A DNA stretch of 63,850 nt, filler included, from Reticulomyxa filosa (GCA_000512085.1; 24 parts of 24 records of this genome joined end to end with filler, not necessarily neighbours in it); one strand, 5' to 3'; counted from the first letter of the whole stretch, positions 39,970-52,425 are shown. Notes: a model not told the origin generated them from the sequence alone. Translations and numbers: made by a program.

Positions 39970-40866
39970 TTTTAACGAAAAGCGCTTGTCCAACAACAAA
40001 TTTTGAGGTTTGATATCTCGATGAACGATCATGGCCTGGTGACAAGCTTCGAGTCCATCGATCAGTTGTCGAAAGTAGGTCCGAGCAATGCACTCATCCA
40101 ACTTCGAGGTATAGTATAGCACGTCAAATAGCTCACCTCCAGACATGTATTCTAACACAAGTAGTATCACGTCTCGCGTCTTCCCTGCCTATAAGTGTGT
40201 ATAAGTGTGTATATGTGTGTTGTTTGTACAAACATACTCCCCACATACTGTATATACCCCCATGTACGGACGGCGAAAGAGAATACTAGGAGGGACGTAT
40301 ACTAAACTTTGTCAGGATACTTAGTGTTCAATGTGTAGGCCAGCAAACGCATCACATTTGGATGTTTCATTTGTTTGAGAGCTTCAATTTCGGCTTTTAC
40401 TTCACGTGTTTGCTTTTTTTTTTTGTGTATATTTTATTATTCGTTTTTTTTTTTTGATTATAACAAAACTTTGTCGTTCCAATCGTTTGCTTTTGATCTT
40501 TTCCGATCCATAAATTTTAAAGCTACTGCTTGTCCTGTCTTACGGTCGTATCCTTTTTTAACCCTTCATTCATTGTTGTGTGTATTTAAAGCACTAAGTT
40601 TTTTTTTTATGTGTTCGCTTTGGCACGAAAAGGGCTTTGGAAGTAAATTCGGAGACATACCAGGAGTAACCACCTTTCCCCAAAGTTTCGCCTATGTACC
40701 ATCTTCCGATCGCTCGGCGTTCTTCCTTGGTGCAAGCTGAGGTGTCTACCGTATCCGTAGCTTCTGCGCTCAGATTGCTTTCTTTTGGTGGCTCACCAGC
40801 GATTTCACAAATGAAATTCTCTTGTTCATTGATTTTGGATGATTCAAGCTTGTTTATTTGAGACAT
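39970..40866 (-). CDS. CAMK-group Ser/Thr protein kinase, 5' part, multi-exon
   Basis: [49 protein letters not shown]. Confidence 0.9.
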
Positions 40867-41467
40867 TTTACTTTATTTTTACTGCCAAGTTTTTTTGTTT
40901 TAAAAAAAAACTTGAGCAGACACAATAAAATGAATACTCATATGTTTTGTTATATTTTTTTCCTACTTGAAATTACAAAATAGTAACGCAGTTTTTTTTT
41001 TGCTAACTTTTTTTTTAAGTTAAAGGACACTGCCCACAAAAAAAAAAACTAAGACCATTCTGTTCTAACTGAACTTGTAAATTGATAATCTTATTGAATT
41101 TATCCTTGTCGCCTAGTGAGTTAAGTTTTTCCAATTTTTTGTGAGATTATTGTTATTGTTGGTTTTTTTTAATATGTACTTCGACTGGGGGAACTTGGAC
41201 AGGACATTTCTTGCCCACAACACACGAACAAAAATTAAACAATACATCCAAAACAAAACTCTTACATACAATCACTCTGGATGTCTTTGTTTCATGTTCT
41301 CTCCTACTTTCCACAAAAAGAGACACTGTCACAATTTTGCCACTTGGTTTGAGTTCGACCACCAAACNNNNNNNNNNNNNNNNNNNNNNNNNNNNNNNNN
41401 NNNNNNNNNNNTTAATTAATTAANNNNNNNNNNNNNNNNNNNNNNNNNNNNNNNNNNNNNNNNNNNN

Positions 41468-41503
<36 letters not shown>

Positions 41504-42387
41504 GCTTATTTTATTAACATATACTCTTTCAAAACTGAGTTACGCCCGTCAAGTTTTTTGAATACTTTCTGCGTACTTCAACACTCTTGTAGCGGCTTCT
41601 GATTATGCTGTAAGTAACTACCAACACACTAAATATAACTACATCTGTGGCCAATAACGAGACGAACTGTGCAGTTACTTTACTAGAATCAGAAGTAGAT
41701 TTTTTGGAGCTTGAATTTTGAGTCTTATCCATTCGTGTTCTTATTGAAATCTTAGTTTGATGAAAAAATGACCTTTTTTGGTCCTTTAAAAAAAAAACTC
41801 TTTTGCTTTGGCTTGTTTATTTCGTTGAAGATAATTAGTCACTTGGATGATACATTTTTTTCTGTCCTGAAAAATCTTTGATTCCATCTACAAGTACTTC
41901 AGATCATGTGATTAATGAGCGTCCAGGATTGCACATTGATGAGGCCATAACATTGTGGTTTTCAGATACATACACTTCGCAAGAACAAATGCAAAAAGAA
42001 ATAATTTTCTGGAAAACTGTCAATGAAACAAATTTGAAAGAGTATCAAAATTGGTTTGAAATTGGCCAAGGGATGTGGGTTCAACATTTTGGTCATTTTC
42101 CTGAACCAGCTTATAGACCTCAGGAATATCATAGACAAATATCTTCACCACTTTTTACCGATTAAAATTTTATTATCAATCATTCAAATACAGCACTTTA
42201 TAAAAATGATTAATTTTCTCATTTTACGCTTTTTTTTTTTTTGAAAGAGAAACCAATTTTTATTGATTAAAAGATTGCCTTTGGTAATGAGAATATTGCA
42301 AATTTGTCATGTGATGGCAAAAAAAACCAGTGCAAGTAATTACTTAATGGAATAAATAAGTCAAAATTTACAATGTTGAAGCATATA

Positions 42388-42523
42388 CAGTAGGTTGCAA
42401 AGAAAACTGAACGCCTAAAACATATCTTATGATGATAATTGATTTTCTCCATGAAAAATCAATATTTAGACCTAATTTTTTTTAAAATTATCTACAAGTA
42501 TTGTAGTTTTTAAATATATATTG
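42388..42523 (+). mobile_element. End of a Tc1/mariner-type non-autonomous element (TA|CAGTAG...), truncated by the contig end
   Basis: Near-identical to the arm of the 55211-55337 element; preceded by TA. Confidence 0.7.
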
Positions 42524-42623
42524 NNNNNNNNNNNNNNNNNNNNNNNNNNNNNNNNNNNNNNNNNNNNTTAATTAATTAANNNNNNNNNNNNNNNNNNNNN
42601 NNNNNNNNNNNNNNNNNNNNNNN

Positions 42624-44283
42624 GAGAATGGGGATGAAGATAAGGGAAAGGTCGTACAATAGAAACAGGTGATGTGGAAGCGTTAAAGTAAGGATGAAGC
42701 AATGCTTGTTCCGCTGTAATCCTTGCACTAGGATCCCATTGTAACATATGGCAGACCAAATCGAACAACTGCTTGGCTTCAAGATCATTGCCAAATTTGG
42801 TAAAGTATTCTCGCAATGGCTTGCACTGCACAGGACTCACACGAGCAGCGGCAAGTTTTAACCGTCCATCAGAAGTGTAGTATTCGTCCCATGTCCCATC
42901 ATCGATCTTATCTTTTCAAATAATAATAATAAAAAAGATATTTTTGTCACTCCTCTTTCTCTCTTCATTGAGAAGACATGAGACCAGAGAATATATATAT
43001 ATGTATATATATATTTTACTTAAGAATTGTTCCGGAGGGGGTCCAATACAGGTGCTCATTTGATTCAAATGATCGACGCTATCATGCGTGTTGAACAGCA
43101 TTTTTCCGGAAATGAGTTCAATCAGTATGCACCCAATGCTCCAAATGTCGGCACTAAAACTCCAACCCATGTGATATACCACTTCCGGGGCCCGGTAATG
43201 TCGGGTTTGAATTAAATGCGTGTGATGTAAATTTCGTCCAAACACGGCGCTACCAAAGTCGATCAATCGAATGCTGCAATCCTTTGGCGTGTAATACAGT
43301 TGTCCGTTGCTCGACGTGTGCGAAATTGCTTCATCATTTTCCAACACAATATTCTCTGGCTTCAGATCCGTTATTATTATATCCAGCTTGTGCACGTATG
43401 CTACGCCCTTGATTATTTGCCGTGCCAATGTTTTCACATCGCGCATTGTGAACCCTTTGTAGCCATTGTCCACAAGAAATCCATACAATGAGCGTCCGAA
43501 CAGTGGAAATATTAACAATGGATGTCCTTTATAAAGCCCATTTTCCAGCAAATGCACACAATGACTTTCTTCATGAGGATCATTTGAACAGATTTTCTGC
43601 AGCACTGCAAGTTCTGTTTTTGCTGCAACCTTTTTTTTTTAATTATTGATGTCGTGGATAATAGCAGTATACGTTACGACCATTTTCGCAATACAATAAT
43701 TTACACGGCCGTATACGTTTTTAAAAAAAATAAAAAAAAATTTTTTTTTTGTAATGACAAAAATCAAAACTTGATATTTGTAAATACTTCGAATAATTTT
43801 GATAGCCCGCTTTATTTGGCAATCATGTTTGACATGTTTGTGCGCAGGTGTGTGTGACTTGGAGTCTTGAGTGCTGTCAGTGCTTGATGGCGACAATCTC
43901 ATGAAAGGTTTTTCGTCAACGGCCTCAAATACCCGACTAAATGTTCCTTTTCCAAGCTGTCTTATCAAACGGAAACGACCGCCCATAATGGTCAAATTGG
44001 GATGGAAGATAATATAACCTTTGGTATCGCACGAATAATCATTGGTCTGGCGTCCTTTTTCTTTGTCCTTTTTGTTTTTTTCGTATTCTCTTTCTTTTTC
44101 CAACTCTTTTTCTTTTTGTCTCAGTACGTGAATCGGGCCGCCAACAGCACACGCAATTTCGTCACCACTCGATGAACCATTTTTCCGAACGTCATCATTG
44201 AAGCTTTGTGTATGACTTGTGTTGCCACTGGACGAAGAGCTGGTCTCTGAGTTCTTGTTGCTGTTGCTGTTACTATTACTGCT
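42624..44283 (-). CDS. CLK/LAMMER-like CMGC protein kinase (partial)
   Basis: LGKGTFSRV, AIKIIRS, TDLKPEN, IDFGSA, IQTRHYRAPEV, DIWSIGCI, THDSVDHLNQM. Confidence 0.88.
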
Positions 44284-44383
44284 NNNNNNNNNNNNNNNNN
44301 NNNNNNNNNNNNNNNNNNNNNNNNNNNTTAATTAATTAANNNNNNNNNNNNNNNNNNNNNNNNNNNNNNNNNNNNNNNNNNNN

Positions 44384-47300
44384 CAAACAGCAGTGGCAGT
44401 AATGAAAAAAGCAGAAAAATTTAATTTGATTGTGTCCGAAGATAAAGACTTTTTTGAAAGACAATCAAAGACACACCACAGATTCCACAATATTAAATTG
44501 TTTGTTCCAAAGCATGATGTATATGTGGAAATGCAAGCCACATTAAAAAGGTTTACAACATTAGAAGGATATACAGAAATTGAAAATCCAAAATTAAGTC
44601 ATCTATTTTATGAACATATTCGAGCGTGGAAGCCAAAGCACACAGAAGAAGAAGATTTAAAGCAAGCAAGTGATGAAATATTAACAAAAATTAATGATGT
44701 TATTTGTGAATGGATAGACGACAGAGGAATACAAAAATTGGCAAATCGTTATAAATCACATTTGGATATTGGAATATTGAAACCACCACAACTGTCCAAA
44801 AATGAATTAGAAATTAACGATAATGTGTCGTTGAAAATGGCACAATTTGTATATGAACAATTATGTACATTTACTCCAGAGAAAATAAAAGGAAAGACTA
44901 TTTATGTGATTTTATATGAATACTATAAAAGATATATCATTGGAGATAAAAATCCAGCAAGTTGCGCTGATTTTGCATTACAATTACAAGAATCAAGGAA
45001 ACAAGAAATGGAAGAAGATATCACAATATCACAAGCACTGGAAACGTATATTCCATTACAAGCAAATAAGTACCCACATGTGGATGGTGAAGAGAATGAA
45101 AAAAATGACACATTTGATTGTCATCAACATGCCATTGAATTTTTAGAGGGAAAAGAAGCATCAGAAGAAAAAAAGATTGAGCAACAAGAACAAAAAAGAA
45201 AAGTAATGATAATACAAGGGAAATCAGGATCAGGAAAAAGTATATTTTGTCGTCATTTGGAAGAGACATTATGGAATAATTATATAAATAATTCAAAACA
45301 GCCTATTCCTGTTTATATATCCTTTCCAAAGATTTATCATTTAAATAATGAAAAAGATATCATTTTACAAGCTTTACAAGGTAAACATATCAGTAAGGAG
45401 AGTATGGATGCAATTCGTGAAAAAGTGTCATTTGTATTCATCATGGATGGTTTTGATGAAATATTTGATAAATATAATCAAAGTGATAACAATGACCAAT
45501 ATTTCTATGATCGTTTCCATTTGAATAAATGGAATGCAAAAGTGGTTGTCACTTGTAGAAGTAAAGCATTAAATGATGAAGATATTAAGACTACTTTAAT
45601 CGGTTTGAATCAAAGTCAAATTATAGCAACACCAATGATGTATTTATGGCCATTTACAAAACAACAAATTCATAGTTATATTGAAAAATTTGCAATGAAA
45701 TTTAAAAATAAGAATAACAATGATTGGACACCTAAAAAATATGAAGAAACGCTGAACAATTATCCAAATCTACAGAAAATGATAGAAGAGCCATTTCTTC
45801 TTCAACTCATTTTAACTGTGCTGCCATCATTGGTGAAACAATATGGTACAGGAAGCAGGATTTCAAAAGTACAAGTGTATGAAGTATTCAATGATCAATG
45901 GATTGATATTCATAGTCAAAATATTGTTTCTAAATTAGCAGAATTAAGAATACAAATGAATATCAACAAAATCAAATCTACATTAAAAAAATATTGTCTT
46001 GATTTGGCATTTGATATGTTTCATCAAGGAAATCAAGTTGCTGTTGAACCAGAATCTCAATATGAAAATAATAATGATGGTAGTAACATTTGGAGTAAAT
46101 TAGATTCAGAAATGGAAAACGATAATAAAAGTAATATGGATGAAAAAATAGAAATAAAAAAGAACAATGATACTTATGTTTCAAAAACATCAGATGTATG
46201 GGAACAATACTTTGACGGTGACAATGTCGCGAAGTATGTATTGAGGAGAGTTGGTGATAATAAATATCAATTTTTACATAAATCATGTCAAGAATATTAT
46301 GCCGCACAAAAAGTAGTAATTGATATTCTTTCATGGAAACCTAATATTATTACTGTTGATAATAACCAATTTCAACAACAATTTAAATCAAATGTTCGAC
46401 AATTTTCCATTAATCGTAAATTACTGAATGAAGAATTGGGAATTATTCAATTTATTGCAGAGAGAATACATGATAATAATCCAATATTTGTAAATTTAAA
46501 ATCAAGGTTATTTCGAATCATTGAATCATCAAAAAATAATGAAAATGTTAGTATTGCAGCAGCAAATGCGATCACTATACTCAATTCAGCAAATGTGAAT
46601 ATGCATTACAAAGATTGGAGTAATATAAACATTCCTTATGCAATTTTAGATCATGCATTTCTTGAAGGAACTAATTTTAGTAATGCAAATTTGGATCATG
46701 TGCATTTTCATCAAGCTTGCTTAACCAAGGTTAATTTCACAAATGCATCGATGAATGATATTTACTTTGGAGAATATGCATATTTAGAAGGACATTCAAA
46801 AGGAGTAATAGGAATTCAATTTTCACCAGATAAAACAAAAATATTATCTTATTCAGAGGATCACACAATTCGAATATGGGATACATCATCAAGAAAACAA
46901 CTTCACATACTAGAGGGATATTCAAATAGAATAAGTAGAGTTCGATTTTCACACGATGGTTCCAAGATTGTATCATGTTTATCAGATAAGACGATTCGAA
47001 TATGGGATATATTTTCAGGTCAACAAATTCAACTGTTGGAAGGACATTCAGGTTTTGTGAATTCAATAGAATTTTCATCAGATGACTCTAAGATTGTATC
47101 CTGTTCACAGGACAAAACTGTTCGAATATGGAATGTATCATATGGAAAACAAATTCAATTATTAAGTGGACATTCACATTCCGTAATGAGTGCGAAATTT
47201 TCACCAGATAATTCTAAAATTGCCTCATGTTCAGAAGATAGATCCATTCGAATATGGGATGTATTTTCTGGAACGCAAATTTTATTGTTAAAAGGGCACA

Positions 47301-48934
47301 AAAGTAAGGTACATAAAGTGCAATTTATATTCAATGGATCAAAGATTATATCATACTCAATGGATAAAACTATTCGAATATGGGATACATTATCAGGTCA
47401 ACAACTTCAATTATTGGAAGGACATACAAGTGATATAAATGGAATTCAATTATCACCAAATAGTTCAAATATCTTATCCTATTCATGGGATAAAACAATA
47501 CGAATATGGGATTTGCTGTCTGGAAAACAACTGCACGTTCTAGAAGGGCATCCAGATGCTGTGCATACAGCAAAATTTTCATTTGATGGTTTTAGGATTG
47601 TATCTGGTTCAGGGGATGGTACAATTCGACTATGGGATGTATTATCAGGCAAACAGATTCAAGTATTAGAAGGATATTCATCTTCTATATGTGGTGTGGA
47701 ATTTTTTCCAAATGAATCCAAAATTTTGTCATGTTCAGATGATGGTGCTATTCGAATATGGGATATATCTTTAGAAAGAAAAATTCAGTTAACAGAAGGG
47801 TATGTAGATATTATAACAGCAGTAACATTTTCTCTTGATGGTTCTAAAATGGTATCATGTTCTAAAGATAAAACAATACGATTGTGGGATGTACAATCAG
47901 GAAAACAAATTCATGTATCTGAATTTCATTCAGATATGGATAATGTATTATTTTCACCAGATGGTTTTAAAATTATATTATATTCAAATGGAAACACAAT
48001 CCAAATATGGGATGTATTATCAGGAAAACAACTTCAATTATTGGAAGGACATTCAAAGTGGCTAAGAACAGTGCAATTTTCATCAGATGGTTCCAAACTT
48101 GTGTCATGTTCAGATGATAAAACAATTCGAATATGGGATGTATCATCAGGAAGACAAATTCAATTATTAAATGGTCATTCTAGTTCTGTAACTAATGCAA
48201 AATTTTTGCCAGATGGACATAAGATTATATCTTGTTCAATAGATTTTACAATTAGATTGTGGAATGCGTTATCTGGTAAACAAATTCAGATATTTAAAGG
48301 ACATAAAGATTATATACATATTCTACAACTTTCACCAGATGGTTCTAATTTTTTGTCATATTCATTGGATGATACTATTCGAGTATGGGATATATCATCT
48401 GGAAAACAACTTTTTTCATACGAAATAAGTGAAAATGTGTATGAAGCAATATATTCTCCAGACGGTACTACAATTGCATTTTGTTCAGATGATAAGACAA
48501 TTCAATTGTGGAATGTATTGACAAGAAAACAAATCCAGATATTAAAAGGACATTCTGATGCTGTATATGGAATACAATTTGTATTGGATGGTTCTAAAAT
48601 TATTTCATATTCAAGAGACAAAACGATTCGAATATGGGATATTTCTTCAGGTAAACAAATTCAGGTATTAGAAGGACATAATGAATTTGTTAATCACATT
48701 CATTTATCACCCGATGGTTCAAAACTAGTGTCATGTTCAGAGGATAAAACAATTCGATTATGGGGTAGTAATAATGGTAAAATTGTTGATGTAACTGAGA
48801 CAAGTGTGGTGGATTTTATTTGGAGAGTAGGTATTCAAAGTGGTTTATCAATGAAAGACAGTATGTGGAAAGATACAAAAGGTTTGAAAGATGGACAAAT
48901 AATGCTTGTAAAACAACGTGGTGGAATATTTTGA
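44384..48934 (+). CDS. NLR-like STAND protein: putative RelA/SpoT-like NTase, NACHT, pentapeptide repeats, 16 WD40 repeats (5'-truncated, intronless)
   Basis: Frame open from the contig edge. Walker A GKSGSGKS, Walker B FIMDGFDE, VVTCR, PFLL, FLHKSCQEYYAA, AAANAITIL plus pentapeptides, 16 GH..WD repeats. Confidence refers to NACHT-WD40; the NTase call is weaker. Confidence 0.93.
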   Translation, partial: QTAVAVMKKAEKFNLIVSEDKDFFERQSKTHHRFHNIKLFVPKHDVYVEMQATLKRFTTLEGYTEIENPKLSHLFYEHIRAWKPKHTEEEDLKQASDEILTKINDVICEWIDDRGIQKLANRYKSHLDIGILKPPQLSKNELEINDNVSLKMAQFVYEQLCTFTPEKIKGKTIYVILYEYYKRYIIGDKNPASCADFALQLQESRKQEMEEDITISQALETYIPLQANKYPHVDGEENEKNDTFDCHQHAIEFLEGKEASEEKKIEQQEQKRKVMIIQGKSGSGKSIFCRHLEETLWNNYINNSKQPIPVYISFPKIYHLNNEKDIILQALQGKHISKESMDAIREKVSFVFIMDGFDEIFDKYNQSDNNDQYFYDRFHLNKWNAKVVVTCRSKALNDEDIKTTLIGLNQSQIIATPMMYLWPFTKQQIHSYIEKFAMKFKNKNNNDWTPKKYEETLNNYPNLQKMIEEPFLLQLILTVLPSLVKQYGTGSRISKVQVYEVFNDQWIDIHSQNIVSKLAELRIQMNINKIKSTLKKYCLDLAFDMFHQGNQVAVEPESQYENNNDGSNIWSKLDSEMENDNKSNMDEKIEIKKNNDTYVSKTSDVWEQYFDGDNVAKYVLRRVGDNKYQFLHKSCQEYYAAQKVVIDILSWKPNIITVDNNQFQQQFKSNVRQFSINRKLLNEELGIIQFIAERIHDNNPIFVNLKSRLFRIIESSKNNENVSIAAANAITILNSANVNMHYKDWSNINIPYAILDHAFLEGTNFSNANLDHVHFHQACLTKVNFTNASMNDIYFGEYAYLEGHSKGVIGIQFSPDKTKILSYSEDHTIRIWDTSSRKQLHILEGYSNRISRVRFSHDGSKIVSCLSDKTIRIWDIFSGQQIQLLEGHSGFVNSIEFSSDDSKIVSCSQDKTVRIWNVSYGKQIQLLSGHSHSVMSAKFSPDNSKIASCSEDRSIRIWDVFSGTQILLLKGHKSKVHKVQFIFNGSKIISYSMDKTIRIWDTLSGQQLQLLEGHTSDINGIQLSPNSSNILSYSWDKTIRIWDLLSGKQLHVLEGHPDAVHTAKFSFDGFRIVSGSGDGTIRLWDVLSGKQIQVLEGYSSSICGVEFFPNESKILSCSDDGAIRIWDISLERKIQLTEGYVDIITAVTFSLDGSKMVSCSKDKTIRLWDVQSGKQIHVSEFHSDMDNVLFSPDGFKIILYSNGNTIQIWDVLSGKQLQLLEGHSKWLRTVQFSSDGSKLVSCSDDKTIRIWDVSSGRQIQLLNGHSSSVTNAKFLPDGHKIISCSIDFTIRLWNALSGKQIQIFKGHKDYIHILQLSPDGSNFLSYSLDDTIRVWDISSGKQLFSYEISENVYEAIYSPDGTTIAFCSDDKTIQLWNVLTRKQIQILKGHSDAVYGIQFVLDGSKIISYSRDKTIRIWDISSGKQIQVLEGHNEFVNHIHLSPDGSKLVSCSEDKTIRLWGSNNGKIVDVTETSVVDFIWRVGIQSGLSMKDSMWKDTKGLKDGQIMLVKQRGGIF

Positions 48935-49409
48935 TAAATACATTTACTCAGTGGCTACATTATTTTTAATTGAGGCAAAAGAAATATACACATAATTTGT
49001 GTCCAAAAAAAAGCATGGAGTAAAAATATAATCTACAAATCTTGTATATTGACCTTACTTGTGCAATATTTTAATCAAAGCTATAGGACGTTGTTTCAAA
49101 ATCAAACACCAGTATTCAACAATAGAAAAAACATTGATTGCACTTGAACATATTTTCTGCATAATTACATTTTTTTAGACGCTTTCTAAAAAATCATAAA
49201 TATTAAAATTTTTGGCTAAAGATTTATAAAAAACATTCATAGAATAATCATTGAATAATTTGTTATTTGTTTTGATTATTAATCTTTCTTTTTATATATT
49301 TTGAAAATACTTAAAAAATGGAAAATTTCATAATTATGAAACCAAAATGAAACTATATTTAAAAAATTGCAAATTAACAGATTTTAATTGTGTTCCTTCA
49401 AAATTTATT

Positions 49410-50075
49410 TCATCTATTGTATTTCATAATTTTATCAAAATCATAAATCCATATTAATTTTATTTGTAAAGCATTTTTTGACTGTTCATTATTTATTATT
49501 TGTTAATCAGTTTCATACAATTTGTTTGTTTCATAAAATAAAAAAATAAACAAATCATTACTAACAGTGAAGGATCACATACACGTACTTTTGTCTTCAT
49601 GTGAGTTAATACTATTGTACTATTATTATATGCTTCTCCAATGATATTACATGATTATATTCTTCGCTCAATATTGCAACACAATTATATAATGGACTGG
49701 GTAAAATGCTTTGAAATTTAGTCTATTTATTTTCTCGAATTAAATACTTGTGCCTGATTTTGAGATAACACTAATAAAAACATCAAAATACCATCCACTA
49801 AACAACAAGATGATGTCATTGATGCGCACTATAATATGCAGTATCCTTGCAAACAAATTGATGAAATTGAAACATATTGTTATCTTCATCATATTCAATT
49901 GATAATATTGTATTTTTATAAAACAACAGTATTTGATATTTGTTTATTTTTTCCTTCATTTATTTTCATCATTTCTTGCCCTTGCGAAGTTTCTGACTTT
50001 GATACAAAGCAATGATAACATGTTTCATTTTTAGTTGATAATCTATATCATAACCAAATCAAAAATGTCCATGTA
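49410..50075 (-). pseudogene. Kelch-repeat gene pseudogene with a C-terminal box; absent from the ORF track
   Basis: YHCFVSKSETSQGQEMMK, LLFYKNTILSIEYDEDNN, INDIILLFSGW, HKYLIRENK*, LPSPLYNCVAILSEE, THMKTKVRV; last exon SKNALQIKLIWIYDFDKIMKYNR-TGA. Confidence 0.7.
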
Positions 50076-50721
50076 AAGTACCGTTTTTATTTTTTAAATC
50101 CCTTTTTAAAAAGGCTAAACTTAAAAACTTCACAACATCAACAACATGGGTAATCGAACTAGCAAAAAACCTCCACCAAATGCAATAACAATACTAAATA
50201 GCAAGAGTTAGCATGAGTCATCAAAATTAGGATAAGATAAAACTTAGAAGATTAAAATACAATATGAACAGTGTTGGAAAGACATTACACGTAGAGTGTT
50301 TATAGAAGATTATTTTATTATTTTACTTGATAGCATCGAGATGCTTTTGTAAACGAGTACCTTTGAAATATTGATATGTAGATACTGTTTTTTAAAAAAA
50401 GATGCAATGAAGAGGAAATGCCAACAATACAGCAATCTGTTTAATTGAGCAAATACTGCAAACTCTGAGTGAAATCAATAACAGAAAAGATATCATACAT
50501 TACAGACAGAAACCTCTTTACAAAGTTATCATGTCATATGTCATACAAAATTATCAAACTTGTGTATTTTACATATAAAGAAAGTGAAAGAACANNNNNN
50601 NNNNNNNNNNNNNNNNNNNNNNNNNNNNNNNNNNNNNNTTAATTAATTAANNNNNNNNNNNNNNNNNNNNNNNNNNNNNNNNNNNNNNNNNNNNTTAAAA
50701 AAAAAAAAAAAAAAAAAAAAG

Positions 50722-51184
50722 AGAAGAAGACTACTTGTAATAACGGACGGCAACACGACATTCTTGGAAGCGTATCAAAAAACGGGTCGAATATTTAATG
50801 TGACGGCGGTGTCGGATAAGCATCGCGCAATATTGCTAAACTACAAAACCACGCCAAACGTGGTGATATGGAGCGCGGTGATCGCGTCGTCGTCGCTGCC
50901 GCTGATGATGAAGCCGAGTCCATTGATGGAAAAGCTGCCCAATGGGGACATTCAAAAGTTCCTTCGGTTTGGAAAGTGTTGGGCCGATGGCAGTATCCAA
51001 ATGGACTTACCCACACAAAAACTGTTGGAGGCATTGCACGTCAAATTTACTCTTTGCGTTCAATGCAATCCCCACGTATTCAGTTTTTATTTTGATGCGC
51101 GAGGAACACCAAAGTTTTCTTTTGTTTTCTTTGTATTTTTTTAATTGTGTTGATTTACAATTTGCAAAAAATATCAAATGAATA

Positions 51185-51216
<32 letters not shown>

Positions 51217-51891
51217 TTATATGAAAGTGCGCCAATTAAACATTGGGGTCGCAGTGGTATGCGCGGGGGATTTTTAACCTCACTTTTGGAAAAGTTTTTG
51301 AAATTGGAAATGCGTAAATGGATGCGTTTGTTAGGAGAATTGGACTTGCTTCCGCAAATGTTTGGTGCGGATTGGAGACACACGGCGTTGCAAACATCTC
51401 GTGGGACAGTCACCATCTATCCGTCACCACCTTTGGAAGACTACATCAAAGTCTTCAACGATCCACACATTGGACGGTGGAAACGATACTTTTCTCATGG
51501 CAAAAAAATCATTTATCCGAAAATGTATATGCTTCAGACCCGAATCAAGTTGCAACAATTGCTTCGCGATTCGATTGAACAAATTGAGTTAAAGCGGATT
51601 AAACAAGAGGAAAGAGAAGGAGGAGTCACGACTACCACTTCTTCTTCGACTTTACTAACGACTTGGGGAACCACTATGCAAGACGGCAATGATTCGGATT
51701 CTGATTCGGATAATGACTCCGATTCCAATTCCGCTGCGGCCAAGTCACTTGATGATCGGCACGCTCAAGACTACAAATTCGAAGGCCCGCTCGCAGATGA
51801 TGACAAGTCCGTCAATACCGCAGGACTTGGCTTACTGGCACGACTCAATCGTTTTCGCAAAGATCAATACGACAGAAGAATGTCCGTCTAA
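50722..51891 (+). CDS. Patatin-like triacylglycerol lipase (TGL3/4/5, SDP1-like), 3' part
   Basis: TFLEAYQKTGRIFNV, LLNYKTTPNVVIWSAVIAS, WADGS..DLP, VQCNPH. Confidence 0.88.
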
Positions 51892-52425
51892 TCGACACTA
51901 TCTCTCTATCTATCTATCTATCTATCTATCTCACCGCTTCTAGATTAAACACTTGACATTCAAGGACATCATTTCTTTTGCTTTTCTTGCGTTGTTATTT
52001 TTTTGCTGTTGCTATTCCTCTTTCTTTTATTTATTATTTTTTTGATTTTGCCTTGTAGTGTGTGTTGTAAGTGTATACACAATGATAAAAGTTATCAATT
52101 TTTTAACATCCTTTTTTTTTTGGTAAAATTTAAAAAGTTTTCCCATTCTTCATGTCTCCCGAAGCTACTTTGAAGATGTTTTAAATCCCGTAACATTGTT
52201 GAAACAGCTGTTGTTTTTTGTTTTGCTTTTTCAGAGCCTTCACGCCTTTTGAGTGAGTATTGTTTCATTCGTTTTGAAAGAAAAAAAAATTCTGAAGTTT
52301 TCATGACAGAGTTATCTTTGAACCCTACAGTCGGAAAAAAGTGCACATTGTGGAACGTTTCTTTTTTAAAAAAGTGGCATTCGACAAAAGATTTTCTGCA
52401 GGGAATTTATTTTAGCAATAAATGT

